This document shows, piece by piece, positions 1 through 12,700 of a DNA stretch of 64,000 nt (position 1 is the stretch's first letter; each line of letters starts with the position of its first letter). A model generated the notes under the pieces. That model was not told where the DNA came from. It ran no database searches and saw nothing but the letters and a program-made list of their open reading frames with translations. The stretch covers positions 71,131 to 135,130 of the forward strand of contig JAUCBJ010007488.1 of assembly GCA_032718475.1 (NCBI GenBank), written 5' to 3'. The translations under genes were made by a program, and so were the position numbers. The DNA comes from Nemertoderma westbladi. Lineage: Eukaryota > Animalia > Xenacoelomorpha.

Positions 1-550
1 GGACCATCACGTTGGCTGTGGTGGGGACTCAGACAGGATTGCTCGCCACGACTCCCTCCGGGATGCCATTTTCTAAGCTTCACAATCTGCTGCTCAGGCG
101 CCCCGGAAAGAAGTCCCTGGGTTGATTCCTGGCTCCCGTAGCAGACCGGCCGATATCTTCCTCCCCAACTGGAGACGGGGACAGCCCATGGCCCTGGACG
201 TAACGGTGATCTCACCGCTTCAATTAACCATTAACTGCGCTGCGTCCACCCCAGGCTATGCCCTTACCGTTGCACGTGAACATAAGCTAGCCGCCCACCT
301 CGATGAGTGCCGATCCTCAGGCGTGGGCTTCACCCCCTTGGCTCTTAAGGCTCTTGGGGGCTGGGACTCCCACTCCACCTCAATCATCTCCGAGATTGGG
401 CGTCTGCAGAGTCTCCGTCGCAGTATCCCTGCCAAAGAAGCCGTCAGGCATCTACTCCAGCACCTGCCAGTGTGTCTCTGGCGAGGAAACGCCGCAATGT
501 GGCTCCGTAGAAGCTCAAGCCTCCCTCCCTGGGTAGATGGCATCATGTAA
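1..550 (+). mobile_element. 3' end of a CRE-like non-LTR retrotransposon (restriction-like endonuclease domain), degraded
   Basis: The frame from position 2 reads DHHVGCGG..RIARHDSLRD..*..RPADIFLPNW..ALDVTVISP..HKLAAH..FTPLA..LGGW..WRGNA. These are the RHD / PD..D / K motifs of RLE endonucleases. There is an in-frame TAA at 74-76 and the element is cut by the window edge. Confidence 0.8.
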
Positions 551-584
551 TCGTTTTCTTCCCCCAGTATTTATATTGGGTTAC

Positions 585-743
585 CTTGAGAAACACCACC
601 AGTATCGCTTCGCATCTTCCACACCTGATCTCCGACAAACATCATCATATAATCAACCGATCCGCTATAAACATTGGTAGGCGCTTGGGATACTGCGTCT
701 GGGGGGAAGGACGGTTGGTGACAATCCCACCCCAAAGTCGCAG
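585..743 (-). CDS. Candidate host exon encoding a hemopexin-like repeat (MMP/hemopexin type)
   Basis: A 159-bp phase-1/phase-1 segment between CAG| and |GTAAC reads WDCHQPSFPPDAVSQ...YMMMFVGDQVWKMRSDTGGVSQG. This matches the C..F.DAV...F.G..VW......G(YP) blade pattern. Confidence 0.5.
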
Positions 744-1449
744 CTGCGTGGAGAACTATCACAAATCAAATAACTCGCAACATGATATTTAATTAATATT
801 ATTGATATTTATAATTTATGTTCATATTAAAACTTTGATAATGATTTAATATCCTATAATATTCGAATATAGTTAAATAACTCTGATTTTAATGCTGTTT
901 TATATTGTGTTAATTGCTGTTTATATTAATGGATGTTATATTTTGAGAATACCGATAAATAATCGTAAACCCCTCAACTCTCTTAATTACTGAGGTAAGC
1001 AGAAGGGTCTACCTGTAGCAACTGTGACTCAAATTATAGTGGTTTTTGTGTGAATTAAATGCTATTTCATAATCCCTACGTGTGTCAGTTGCAATCCTCC
1101 TTATATATGATAAAAATCAGTGACAGTCGGCAAATTTTTGTGAATTAGTATAAATTAGTGTGAAGTAGTGTGAAGTCGTATGAAGGTTAATAAAGCATCT
1201 CCTAAAGAATGCGCTATTTACGATACTCCGTAGCCATCTAGTTAGGATTAGTGGTAAGTCATAACTTTGCTTTATACTTAAAGTAGTGCCACGTCCCGAA
1301 GGAACTGTTAATATTTCTCCCCGAAAGTAAATATAGTTGTCAGAGATTATATAGTAGCGATCAATCGAATAATACAAAGTAGTCTACACCGCAATACTTC
1401 CCAAGGAACCCGAATCCAGTCTCCCACACCGTGGGTCATACTGTGTGTT

Positions 1450-3296
1450 AGTGTTGAAAAATATAGAGTGTTGAAAAATATCGAGTGTTGAAAAATATCG
1501 AGTGTTGAAAAATATCGAGTGTTGAAAAATATCGAGAGTAAAAATATCGAGTGTTGAAAAATATAGAATGTTGAAAAATATCGAGAGTAAAAATATCGAT
1601 AGTAACAATTTTTTTAAATAAGGGTTGTATGATAATTTTTTTATTAAAAATGTTCTAGAACAACAATATTTATCAACATTTGGTAGCTTATAAGGTACGT
1701 GTTCTAATATAATATTTAACAATATTTATAATATTTATCAAAATTTATAGCTAGCTCTTCTTTTATAATATTTATTAAAAAAAATAGCAAAAACTAGCTA
1801 GTATAATAAATCTGGTAAATGGGTAGCCAAGGTGTATTACATAATGCCATTCACTTGCACTGTTGTAACCCATGCACTGCAATATTGTTCCATAATTCTA
1901 AATAAAATGCTCAAGTAAAATGCAATATTTTTACTCTCGATATTTTTCAACACTCGATATTTTTCAACACTCGATATTTTTCAACACTCGATATTTTTTA
2001 AACATTGGATATTTTTACTCTCTATATTTTTACTCTCGATATTTTTCAACACTCGATATCTTTACTCTCGATATTTTTACTCTCGATATTTTTCAACACT
2101 CGATATTTTTCAACACTCGATATTTTTACTCTCGATATTTTTACTCTCGATATTTTTCAACACTCGATATTTTTCAACACTCGATATTTTTCAACACTCG
2201 ATATTTTTACTCTCGATATTTTTCAACACTCGATATTTTTACTCTCAATATTTTTCAACACTCGATATTTTTCAACACTCGTTATTTTCGATATTTTTCA
2301 ACACTCGATATCTTTACTCTCGATATTTTTACTCTCGATATTTTTCAACACTCGATATTTTTCAACACTCGATATTTTTACTCTCGATATTTTTCAACAC
2401 TCGATATTTTTCATCACTCGATATTTTTACTCTCGATATTTTTCAACACTCGATATTTTTACTCTCAATATTTTTCAACACTCGATATTTTTCAACACTC
2501 GATATTTTTCAACACTCGATATTTTTACTCTCGATATTTTTCAACACTCGATATTTTTACTCTCAATATTTTTCAACACTCGATATTTTTCAACACTCGT
2601 TATTTTCGATATTTTTCATCTCGCGTTATTTTTACTCTCGATATTTTTCAACACTCGTTATTTTCGATATTTTTCATCTCGCGTTATTTTTACTCTCGAT
2701 ATTTTTTAATCACATTAATTTTCAACACTTGTTATTTTTACTCTCGATATTTTTACTCTCGTTATTTTTCAACACTCGATATTTTTACTCTCAATATTTT
2801 TCAACACTCGATATTTTTCAACACTCGTTATTTTCGATATTTTTCATCTCGCGTTATTTTTACTCTCGATATTTTTTAATCACATTAATTTTCAACACTC
2901 GTTATTTTTACTCTCGATATTTTTACTCTCGTTATTTTTCAACACTCGATATTTTTACTCTCAATATTTTTCAACACTCGATATTTTTCAACACTCGTTA
3001 TTTTCGATATTTTTCATCACTCGATATTTTTACTCTCGATATTTTTCAACACTCGATATTTTTACTCTTGATATTTTTCAACACTCGATATTTTTACTCT
3101 CAATATTTTTCAACACTCGATATTTTTCAACACTCGTTATTTTCGATATTTTTCATCTCGCGTTATTTTTACTCTCGATATTTTTTAATCACATTAATTT
3201 TCAACACTCGTTATTTTTACTCTCGTTATTTTTACTCTCGATATTTTTACTCTCGTTATTTTTACTCTCGATATTATTCAAGTCTCGATATTTTTC
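1450..3296. repeat. Foldback-like structure: inverted arrays of 15/17-bp units around an AT-rich spacer
   Basis: 1450-1600 is GAGTGTTGAAAAATATC repeats. 1925-3296 is the reverse complement, CTCGATATTTTTCAACA / CTCGATATTTTTACT repeats. No TSD was resolved. Confidence 0.85.
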
Positions 3297-4159
3297 ACCA
3301 TTACCGTGCTGGGGTAGTGTATATCCATCCGCACTCATTATTCTGATAATATGAGTTATATCTGAGTTATTTCTGATAATCTCTGTATCCTTTGTTATTT
3401 ATATCAACGGCTAAAATCGCAACCCAATCTCAACCATCAATTCCAATTCTGGTGTTGCTCGGCTTACTCATAACTTCGCAACTAATTGACTTCACACATA
3501 CATCAATTAAGACTATTCTCATGCGTAACAATAATAATAAATCATTATCATAAGTCATTTTTTGTATAAATGTGATGCCCTAGATAGGAGTCTCTTCCCA
3601 CAAGATTTTTATGATGTTGAGAATAGCCAGAAGTTGAAATTTTTAATGTGCAATGACCAAGTAAATAGTGCACGGCTGTTGAGGGGTTTGTACTATTGTA
3701 GGTGCGAAATAATAAATGTAAGAATTTAATTTGATTTGTATCTAATTTGTGATGTAAATTGGTTAATTGTGTATTATTTGGTAGTTAATTTGTATAAAAT
3801 TCGATGTCTTATAAGCCATTGTTGTTGGTTGGGGGCCGCTGTGCCCAAGACATTATAAATGATCTATTCATTCATTCATTCATTCAATAAAAATAATAAT
3901 GAATTAATCAATATAAAACTGCACCAAATTCCCACCACCTATCAGAACAATACAATTAAAAATATAAAAACAATACAATTAAATATGGTGCACTGGGGAT
4001 TAATATCGGTCTGCGAGGTCATTGCCCCGCAGACCCGCACCATCCCCAAAGCCATATTGGATGTCATATGGTTGAATTCAGTCATTCCAAGCAATAAGCA
4101 ATTTGTAAGGCATCGAGTTATTAAAATAAAAATAATTGGAAACAAATTTAATATGATAA

Positions 4160-4330
4160 TAAAATATGTGCCAGGAACTATAAACCCAGCTGATGCCCCA
4201 AAAGGGGAATGTCTGCAAAACAGCTAATAGAAGGGGAATGTCTGCAAAACAGCTAATAGAATATAATCAATGGTTAAATGGTCAAGATTTTTTGTGCAAA
4301 TCAGAGGATTACTGGACTTCGAGTCCTCCC
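4160..4330 (+). pseudogene. Short BEL/Pao pol relic (end of RNase H / linker)
   Basis: KYVPGTINPADA..RGMSAKQLIEYNQWLNGQDFLCKSEDYW resembles the pol at 38449-43059 (HCPGTINPADIASRGATPQEL..WLGGPDFLSKEEDEW). The frame is broken by a tandem duplication of AAGGGGAATGTCTGCAAAACAGCTAATAG. Confidence 0.7.
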
Positions 4331-4807
4331 AATATTCCACTGAATAAACCCATCATGAGTGATGTTCCCTTGTTGGAAAGTAATCAACCACTTGCAACTT
4401 TACTATCAACCTTAGTATCATTGTAGGATACTAAATTGGACCATTTTATTTTCGGCAGTGATTTTTTATGTCCTTTTATTTGACTTTTTTTGTCATTTTT
4501 TTTTTACGAATTATGCATAATGACTTTTGTTGTCCTTTTAATGACTTTTATTTTCCTTTTAATGACTTTTTATGTATGTATTTCTTCAAACTGTCAGACT
4601 GCTGATTTCTGGACTGTCAGACAGTTGATTTCACTATGCCTGTGCTAAAACATTCCATGATTCCATGATTTATAGACTATGAGATAGATTTCCATATGCG
4701 CCTGTGGTAAAAAGACTCTATATTTAATAGTTTGTGGTTGTTGTCGATAATCGATTACCACATGACGTAGCAAAACACTCATTTTATAGCCAAAAACAAT
4801 TACCAAT

Positions 4808-6875
4808 TGATGGAAAGGAGCAGGTTAAGGCCGAGTTTTCTAACCAAAACAATAAACAGTCACTTTACCAAATCAGGGAAAGGAGCAGGTTACAGAGACG
4901 GGATTTTCTAACCAAAACAATAAACGATCACTTAACTAATTGAGGGAAAGGAGCAGGTTCCAGAGGCGGGATTTTCTAACCAAAACAATAAACGATCACT
5001 TAACTTATTGAGGGAAAGGAGCAGGTTACAGAGGCGGGATTTTCTAACCAAAACAATAAACGATCATTTAACTAATTGAGGGAAAGTGACAGGTTACAGA
5101 GGCGGAATTTTCTAACCAAAACAATAAACGATCATTTAACTAATTGAGGGAAAGGGGCAGGTTACAGAGGCGGGATTTTCTAACCAAAACAATAAACGAT
5201 CATTTAACTAATTGAGGGAAAGGAGCAGGTTACAGAGACGGGATTTTCTAACCAAAACAATAAACGATAACATTACCAATTGAGGGAAAGGAGCAGGTTA
5301 CAGAGGCGGGATTTTCTAACCAAAACAATAAACGATCACTTAACTTATTGAGGGAAAGGGACAGGTTACAGAGGCGGAATTTTCTAACCAAAACAATAAA
5401 CGATCATTTAACTAATTGAGGGAAAGGGGCAGGTTACAAAGGCGGGATTTTCTAACCAAAACAATAAACGATCATTTAACTAATTGAGGGAAAGGAGCAG
5501 GTTACAGAGACGGTATTTTCTAACCAAAACAATAAACGATAACATTACCAATTGAGGGAAAGGAGCAGGTTACAGAGGCGGGATTTTCTAACCAAAACAA
5601 TAAACGATAACATTACCAATTGAGGGAAAGGAGCAGGTTACAGAGGCGGGATTATCTAACCAAAACAATAAACGATCACTTAACTTATTGAGGGAAAGGG
5701 ACAGGTTACAGAGGCGGAATTTTCTAACCAAAACAATAAACGATCATTTAACTAATTGAGGGAAAGGGGCAGGTTACAAAGGCGGGATTTTCTAACCAAA
5801 ACAATAAACGATCATTTAACTAATTGAGGGAAAGGAGCAGGTTACAGAGACGGGATTTTCTAACCAAAACAATAAACGATAACATTACCAATTGAGGGAA
5901 AGGAGCAGGTTACAGAGGCGGGATTTTCTAACCAAAACAATAAACGATCACTTAACTTATTGAGGGAAAGGGACAGGTTACAGAGGCGGAATTTTCTAAC
6001 CAAAACAATAAACGATCATTTAACTAATTGAGGGAAAGGGGCAGGTTACAAAGGCGGGATTTTCTAACCAAAACAATAAACGATCATTTAACTAATTGAG
6101 GGAAAGGAGCAGGTTACAGAGACGGTATTTTCTAACCAAAACAATAAACGATAACATTACCAATTGAGGGAAAGGAGCAGGTTACAGAGGCGGGATTTTC
6201 TAACCAAAACAATAAACGATAACATTACCAATTGAGGGAAAGGAGCAGGTTACAGAGGCGGGATTATCTAACCAAAACAATAAACGATCACTTAACTTAT
6301 TGAGGGAAAGGGACAGGTTACAGAGGCGGAATTTTCTAACCAAAACAATAAACGATCATTTAACTAATTGAGGGAAAGGGGCAGGTTACAAAGGCGGGAT
6401 TTTCTAACCAAAACAATAAACGATCATTTAACTAATTGAGGGAAAGGAGCAGGTTACAGAGACGGGATTTTCTAACCAAAACAATAAACGATAACATTAC
6501 CAATTGAGGGAAAGGAGCAGGTTACAGAGGCGGGATTTTCTAACCAAAACAATAAACGATCACTTAACTTATTGAGGGAAAGGGACAGGTTACAGAGGCG
6601 GAATTTTCTAACCAAAACAATAAACGATCATTTAACTAATTGAGGGAAAGGGGCAGGTTACAAAGGCGGGATTTTCTAACCAAAACAATAAACGATCATT
6701 TAACTAATTGAGGGAAAGGAGCAGGTTACAGAGACGGTATTTTCTAACCAAAACAATAAACGATAACATTACCAATTGAGGGAAAGGAGCAGGTTACAGA
6801 GGCGGGATTATCTAACCAAAACAATAAACGATCATTTAACTAATTGAGGGAAAGGGGCAGGTTACAGAGGCGGGC
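4808..6875. repeat. 68-bp minisatellite, about 30 copies, with higher-order structure
   Basis: Unit GAGGGAAAGGAGCAGGTTACAGAGGCGGGATTTTCTAACCAAAACAATAAACGATCATTTAACTAATT; period 68 (4942, 5010). Confidence 0.95.
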
Positions 6876-7573
6876 CTTCTGTGCTGTTGAAAGTAGTGGT
6901 GCCGCTATCCGTACCACTACTCAGACAGTAGTCATGATCCATTATTGATTATAAAACTAATACAGTAAGGCCTAATTATGTGAAAGGTATATCCACATTT
7001 TCCACAATCCTGCAATCCAGTTTGGCCTATCAATTATTTAAAATTTATTAGCACAACCGGTAGGCCTACCATTACCGTATTTAAATGGTAGGCTACACAG
7101 TAGGCCTATAGCAGTACCGGTGCCGGTACTAAAATACAGAAATATCTGCTTTATACCTACATCTGTACATACAATACAGCAAAATAGTGCTATATATACT
7201 AATACCGGTACTGATAGCCTGAGAGAACAGCAGTAGAGAAACCGGTAGCATGGAACCTAACATTAGACTTTTGGAGGACATAAAAAATAAAAAAAAAAGG
7301 ACAAAAAAAGGATTTAAACGGACAATAAAAATTATTGCGTTTATTTTCAGTAACATATTTCAATATAATTTATATAAATATACAGTACAGTACAGATGCG
7401 TAATGAACAATTAGTATATATCTGATTGAAGGTCTTTGCATTGGCTTGTCGGTACTTTTGTTGTTCTGTTAACTATTTTATTATGTTATCGTTATTGTTC
7501 ATATTTTAATTGATTAAATTTTAGCTGATAGCTAACAAGTAGTGCGATTTGAATAAACATAATTATTTAGATC

Positions 7574-7610
7574 CGTAACGTTTCGTATATAATTATATAC
7601 ATCTTCAGCC
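7574..7610 (-). ncRNA. Penelope-type minimal hammerhead-like motif, probably degenerate
   Basis: The minus strand reads CTGAAGA-T-GTATATAATTATATAC-GAAACGTTA: a CUGANGA core, a palindromic stem II and GAAA. Stem I pairs poorly. Confidence 0.35.
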
Positions 7611-7785
7611 AAAAATACAACTACTACTAGGTCGAGCGAACTCGGACAAAACAACTAGGTACAAATTAATTATTATAATTATTACAGAAAATAACCTAAA
7701 TTAAAATAAAGACAAATGTAAATAAAATGCGTAAAGAAACGTTCCGAATCGAAATAATTATGTTTTTTCAAATCGCACGATGTTA

Positions 7786-8526
7786 GGACAATTACGACAC
7801 GGACAATTACAACCTGGACAATTGCGACCCGGAAAATTGCGACCTGGACAATTGCGACCCGGACAATTGCGACCTGGACAATTACGACCCGGACAATTAC
7901 GACCTGGACAATTGCGACACGGACAATTGCGACCTGGACAATTGCGACCCGGACAATTGCGACCTGAACAATTGCGACCCGGACAATTGCGACCTGGACA
8001 ATTGCGACCTGGACAATTGCGACCCGGACAATTGCGACCTGGACAAATACGACCCGGACAATTACGACCTGGACAATTGCGACCCGTACAATTGCGACCT
8101 GGACAACTGCGACCCGGACAATTGCGACCTGGACAATTGCGACCCGGACAATTGCGACCCGGACAATTGCGACCTGGACAATTGCGACCCGGACAATTGC
8201 GACCTGGAAAATTGCGACCTGGACAATTGCGACCTGGACAATTGCGACCCATGATTTCAGAAAAAATTTATGGGTCGCAATTGTCCAGGTCGCAATTGTC
8301 CGGGTCGCAATTGTCCAGGTCGCAATTGTCCGGGTCGTAATTGTCCAGGTCGCAATTGTCCGGGTCGCAATTGTCCAGGTCGCAATTGTCCGGGTCGCAA
8401 TTGTCCGGGTCGCAATTGTCCGGGTCGCAATTGTCCAGGTCGCAATTGTCCAGGTCGCAATTGTCCGTGTCGCAATTGTCCAGGTCGCAATTGTCCAGGT
8501 CGCAATTGTCCAGGTCGCAATTGTCC
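7786..8526. repeat. Inverted 15-bp tandem arrays (foldback/hairpin)
   Basis: About 31 copies of GGACAATTGCGACC(T/C) at 7786-8250, a ~20-bp spacer, then about 17 reverse-complement copies at 8271-8526. Confidence 0.95.
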
Positions 8527-9799
8527 GGATCCAGATAAAAAGATGTAATGTATATAATTGATCCCAATAATTATATTAATTTACTTCCATAGGTAAATGC
8601 CATAAAACTTCCATAAATTATAAAGTAAAACCTTTTTTATGTAATCCAAATTCGAGACTATAAGTCTCAAGGGGTGAGTGTAATAGATTGGGTATGGGTA
8701 ATCTACTGTATATGGGTCAATTCTATTTGTCATAATACAGTGCCATCTACCGGTGTTTACAATTATTATATTCTTGTTTGTTTACCGGTTATACTGGTGA
8801 GCAGTTTAGGTCAGTAGTACTGTAGTACGAATCATTCAGTCAGTCCAGCAGTCGGACCTGACCTAGATAGGTCATTATAATCTGATAATTATATCCATAT
8901 ATATATATATTATTATTTACTACTGAGAAGTTTACCGGGTGAAGGTTGGTTTTAATTGTTTACAATGGAAGAATGACTTGATTATAGAATATAAAAAGTG
9001 AGAGAGATTTATTTCTATTTATTCATTATTGATCTGTTGATTTGATATTGATACCCCAATTCAATGACAGACGTCACTTTTGAAGCTGTCAGGGTGGGTC
9101 GATATTACGGTTTCCATTAAGGGTTATTCACTATCGGGCCTACCCTCTAACGTGTAGATATCTCAACTTCGTCTGAATTATGTGCATCATAAGAAGATGT
9201 GAGTTCATGTAATGTATTATTGTTAATTTAATTCTCTAATGGATTAATGCCAAATTCCCTCATTTTCAGAACTTATAAGCATATTTTATATTACTAAGCA
9301 AAATGCCCAATGAGGCTGGGTATCTGTCGGATTACTCTTGATGACAAGCTAATTTACCTCCCAAACAACTAAATAGGTCCAAATCCTTTCTGGATCAATC
9401 CAATCACTGTCGGTCGTGTTATTTATTATCACTCAGTATCATCAATAATGGTGATGCTAAATAAATATGTATGACATATAATATACATGTATAATATATA
9501 TGTATGTAAATGACATTGTCGGTTGTTATCAATGGTTTCCATACCAAATAGTAAACGAATTAATTGGTTACTAACCCACTGTAATTGATGTCTGATAAAC
9601 TGTCTGCGTTATCAAAAATTAAGACCATTATTGCAGCAATAAATAGTATTACACGAACCATCTCCATTTTGTGTTCACGTATAAATAATATTTTATATCA
9701 TAAATATGTGGGAGTTTTTAATGATTGTTGTTTTTTACTAAAACTTTAATTGATATGTATGTCAAAAAAATTTAAAAAAAGTTTAAAAATAATAAACAA

Positions 9800-12700
9800 A
9801 CAAAATAATATCCCTTGAGGTTAGCGGATGCTGGAGGGGGAGACAGGAACTCATAGATGCCATCGGAAAGGGTGGGATCCATGGTACCCAGGATGAATGC
9901 CATCGGAGAGGGCAGGGTCCATGGTACCCAGGCCATCAGAGAGGGCTGGGTCCATGGTACCCAGGCGTTCGGAGAGGGGGGATCCATGGTACCCAGGATG
10001 AATGCCATCAGAGAGGGCTGGGTCCATGGTACCCAGGCATTCGGAGAGGGGGGATCCATGGTACCCAGGATGAAGGCCATTAGAGAGGGCTGGGTCCATG
10101 GTACCCAGGCCATCAGAGAGGGCTGGGTCCATGGTACCCAGGCATTCGGAGAGGGGGGGATCCATGGTATCCAGGATGGAGGCCATCAGATTGGGCGGGC
10201 TCAACAGTACCCAGGATGGAGGGTGGGGTCCATGGTACCCGGGATGGAGGCCATCGGAGAGGGCGGGGTCCATGGTACCCAGGATGAATGCCATCGGAGA
10301 GGGCAGGGTCCATGGTACCCAGGCCATCAGAGAGGGCTGGGTCCATGGTACTCAGGCATTCGGAAAGGGGGTGATCCATGGTATCCAGGATGGAGGCCGT
10401 CAGATTGGGCGGGGTCAACAGTACCCAGGATGGAGGGTGGGGTCCATGGTACCCTGGATGAAGGCCGTCGGAGAGGGCGGGGTCCATGATACCCAGGATG
10501 GAGGCCGTCAGATTGGGCGGGGTTAACAGTACCCAGGATGGAGGGTGGAGTCCATGGTACCCGGGATGGAGGCCGTCGGAGAGGGCGGGGTCCATGGTAC
10601 CCAGGATGAATGCCATCGGAGAGGGCAGGGTCCATGGTACCCAGGCCATCAGAGAGGGCTGGGTCCATGGTACCCAGGCATTCGGAGAGGGGGGATCCAT
10701 GGTATCCAGGATGGAGGCCGTCAGATTGGGCGGGGTCAACAGTACCCAGGATGGAGGGTGGGGTCCATGGTACCCGGGATGGAGGGTGGGGTTCATGGTA
10801 CCCAGGATGGAGGCCATCGGAGAGGGCAGGGTCCATGGTACCCAGGATGGAGGCCGTCAGATTGGGCGGGGTCAACAGTACCCAGGATGGAGGGTGGGGT
10901 CCGTGGTACCCGGGATGGAGGCTGTCGGAGAGGGCAGGGTCCGTGATACCCAGGATGGAGGCCGTCAGATTTGGCGGGGTCAACAGTTCCCAGGATGGAG
11001 GGTGGAGTCCATTGTACCCGGGATGGAGGCCGTCGGAGAGGGCGGGGTCTATGATACCCGGGATGGAGGCCATCGGAGAGGGCGGGGTCAACAGTACCCA
11101 TGATGGAGGCCGTCGGAGAGGGCAGTGTCCATGGTACCCAGGATGGAGGCCGTCGTAGAGGGCGGAATCAATGGTACCCAGGAAGGAGGCCGTCGGAGAG
11201 GGCGGAATCAATGGTACCCAGAATGGAGGCCGTCTGAGAGGTGGGGCCCAGAGTACCCGGGATGGAGGCCATCGGAGAGGGCGGTGTCCATGGTACCCAG
11301 GATGGAGGCCATCGGAGAGGGCGGGATCCATGGTACCCAGGATGGAGGCCATCGGAGAGGGTGGAATCAATGGTACCCAGGATGGAGGCCGTCGGACAGG
11401 GCGGAATCAATGGTACCCAGGATAGAGGCCGTCTGAGAGGTGGGGTCCAGAGTACCCGGGATGGAGGCCATCTTAGAGGGCGGTGTCCATGGTACCCAGG
11501 ATGGAGGCCATCGGAGAGGGCGGGATCCATGGTACCCAGGATGGAGGCCATCGGAGAGGGTGGAATCAATGGTACCCAGGATGGAGGCCGTCGGACAGGG
11601 CGGAATCAATGGTACCCAGGATGGAGGACGTCTGAGAGGTGGTGTCCAGAGTACCCAAGATGGAGGCCATCGGAGAGGGCGGAGTCCATGGTACCCAGGA
11701 TGCAGGCCATCGGAGAGGGCGGAATCCATGGTACCCAGGATGAAGGACGTCTGAGAGGTGGGGTCCATGAGTGCCCAGGATGGAGGCCATCGGAGAGGGC
11801 GGAATCCATGGTACCCAGGATGAAGGACGTCTGAGAGGTGGGGTCCATGAGTACCCAGGATGGAGGCCATTGGAGAGGGCGGAATCCATGGTGCCCAGGA
11901 TGCAGGCCATCGGAGAGGGCGGAGTCCATGGTGCCCAGGATGGAGGCCATCGGAGAGGGCGGGATCCATGGTACCCAGGATGGAGGCCATCGGAGAGGGC
12001 GGGGTCCATGGTGCCCAGGATGGAGGACGTCGGAGAGGGCACGGTCCATGGTGCCCAGGATGGAGGCCGTCGGAGAGGGCGGGGTCCATGGTGCCCAGGA
12101 TGGAGGCCGTCGGAGAGGGCGGATCCATGGTACCCAGGATGGAGGCCATCGGAGAGGGCGGGGTCCATGGTGCCCAGGATGGAGGACGTCGGAGAGGTGG
12201 GCTCCATGGTGCCCAGGATGGAGGCCGTCGGAGAGGGCGGGGTCCATGGTACCCAGGATGGAGGACGTCGGAGAGGGCAGGGTCCATGGTACCCAGGATG
12301 GAGGACGTCGGAGAGGGCGGGGTCCATGGTGCCCAGGATGGAGGCCATCGAGAGGGTGGGGTCCATGGTGCCCAGGTGGAGGCCGTCGAGAGGGCGGGGT
12401 CCATGGTGCCCAGGATCGAGGCTGTCGGAGAGTGTGGGGTCCATGGTGCCCAGGATGGAGGCCGTCGGAGAGGGCGGGGTCCATGGTGCCCAGGATGGAG
12501 GCCATCGGAGAGGGCGGGGTCCATGGTATCCAGGTGGAGGCTGTCGAGAGGGCGGGGTCCATGGTGCCCAGGATGGAGGCCGTCGGAGAGGGCGGGTCCA
12601 TGGTGCCCAGGATGGAGGCCGTCGAGAGGGTGGGGTCCATGGTACCCATGTGGAGGCTGTCGAGAGGGCGGGGTCCATGGTGCCCAGGATCGAGGCCGTC

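Noticed and set aside
1014-1388. Possible solo LTR (TGTAG...CTACA)
   Set aside because: There is no matching TSD and no second copy in the window.
1384-3346. Long F/S/T/I-rich ORFs
   Set aside because: These are translations of 15/17-bp repeats, and the same peptide cycles through several frames.
3340-4060. Possible L2/CR1-type LINE 3' ends with an (ATTC)n tail
   Set aside because: Only a short microsatellite tail is visible and no convincing protein motif could be read.
7758-8567. GRNCP / GQLRP pentapeptide ORFs
   Set aside because: They are by-products of a 15-bp inverted array open on both strands, with no unique coding flanks.
9050-9420. Possible additional minus-strand exons
   Set aside because: The first segment has stops in all three phases, and the second is too short and has no recognisable motif.
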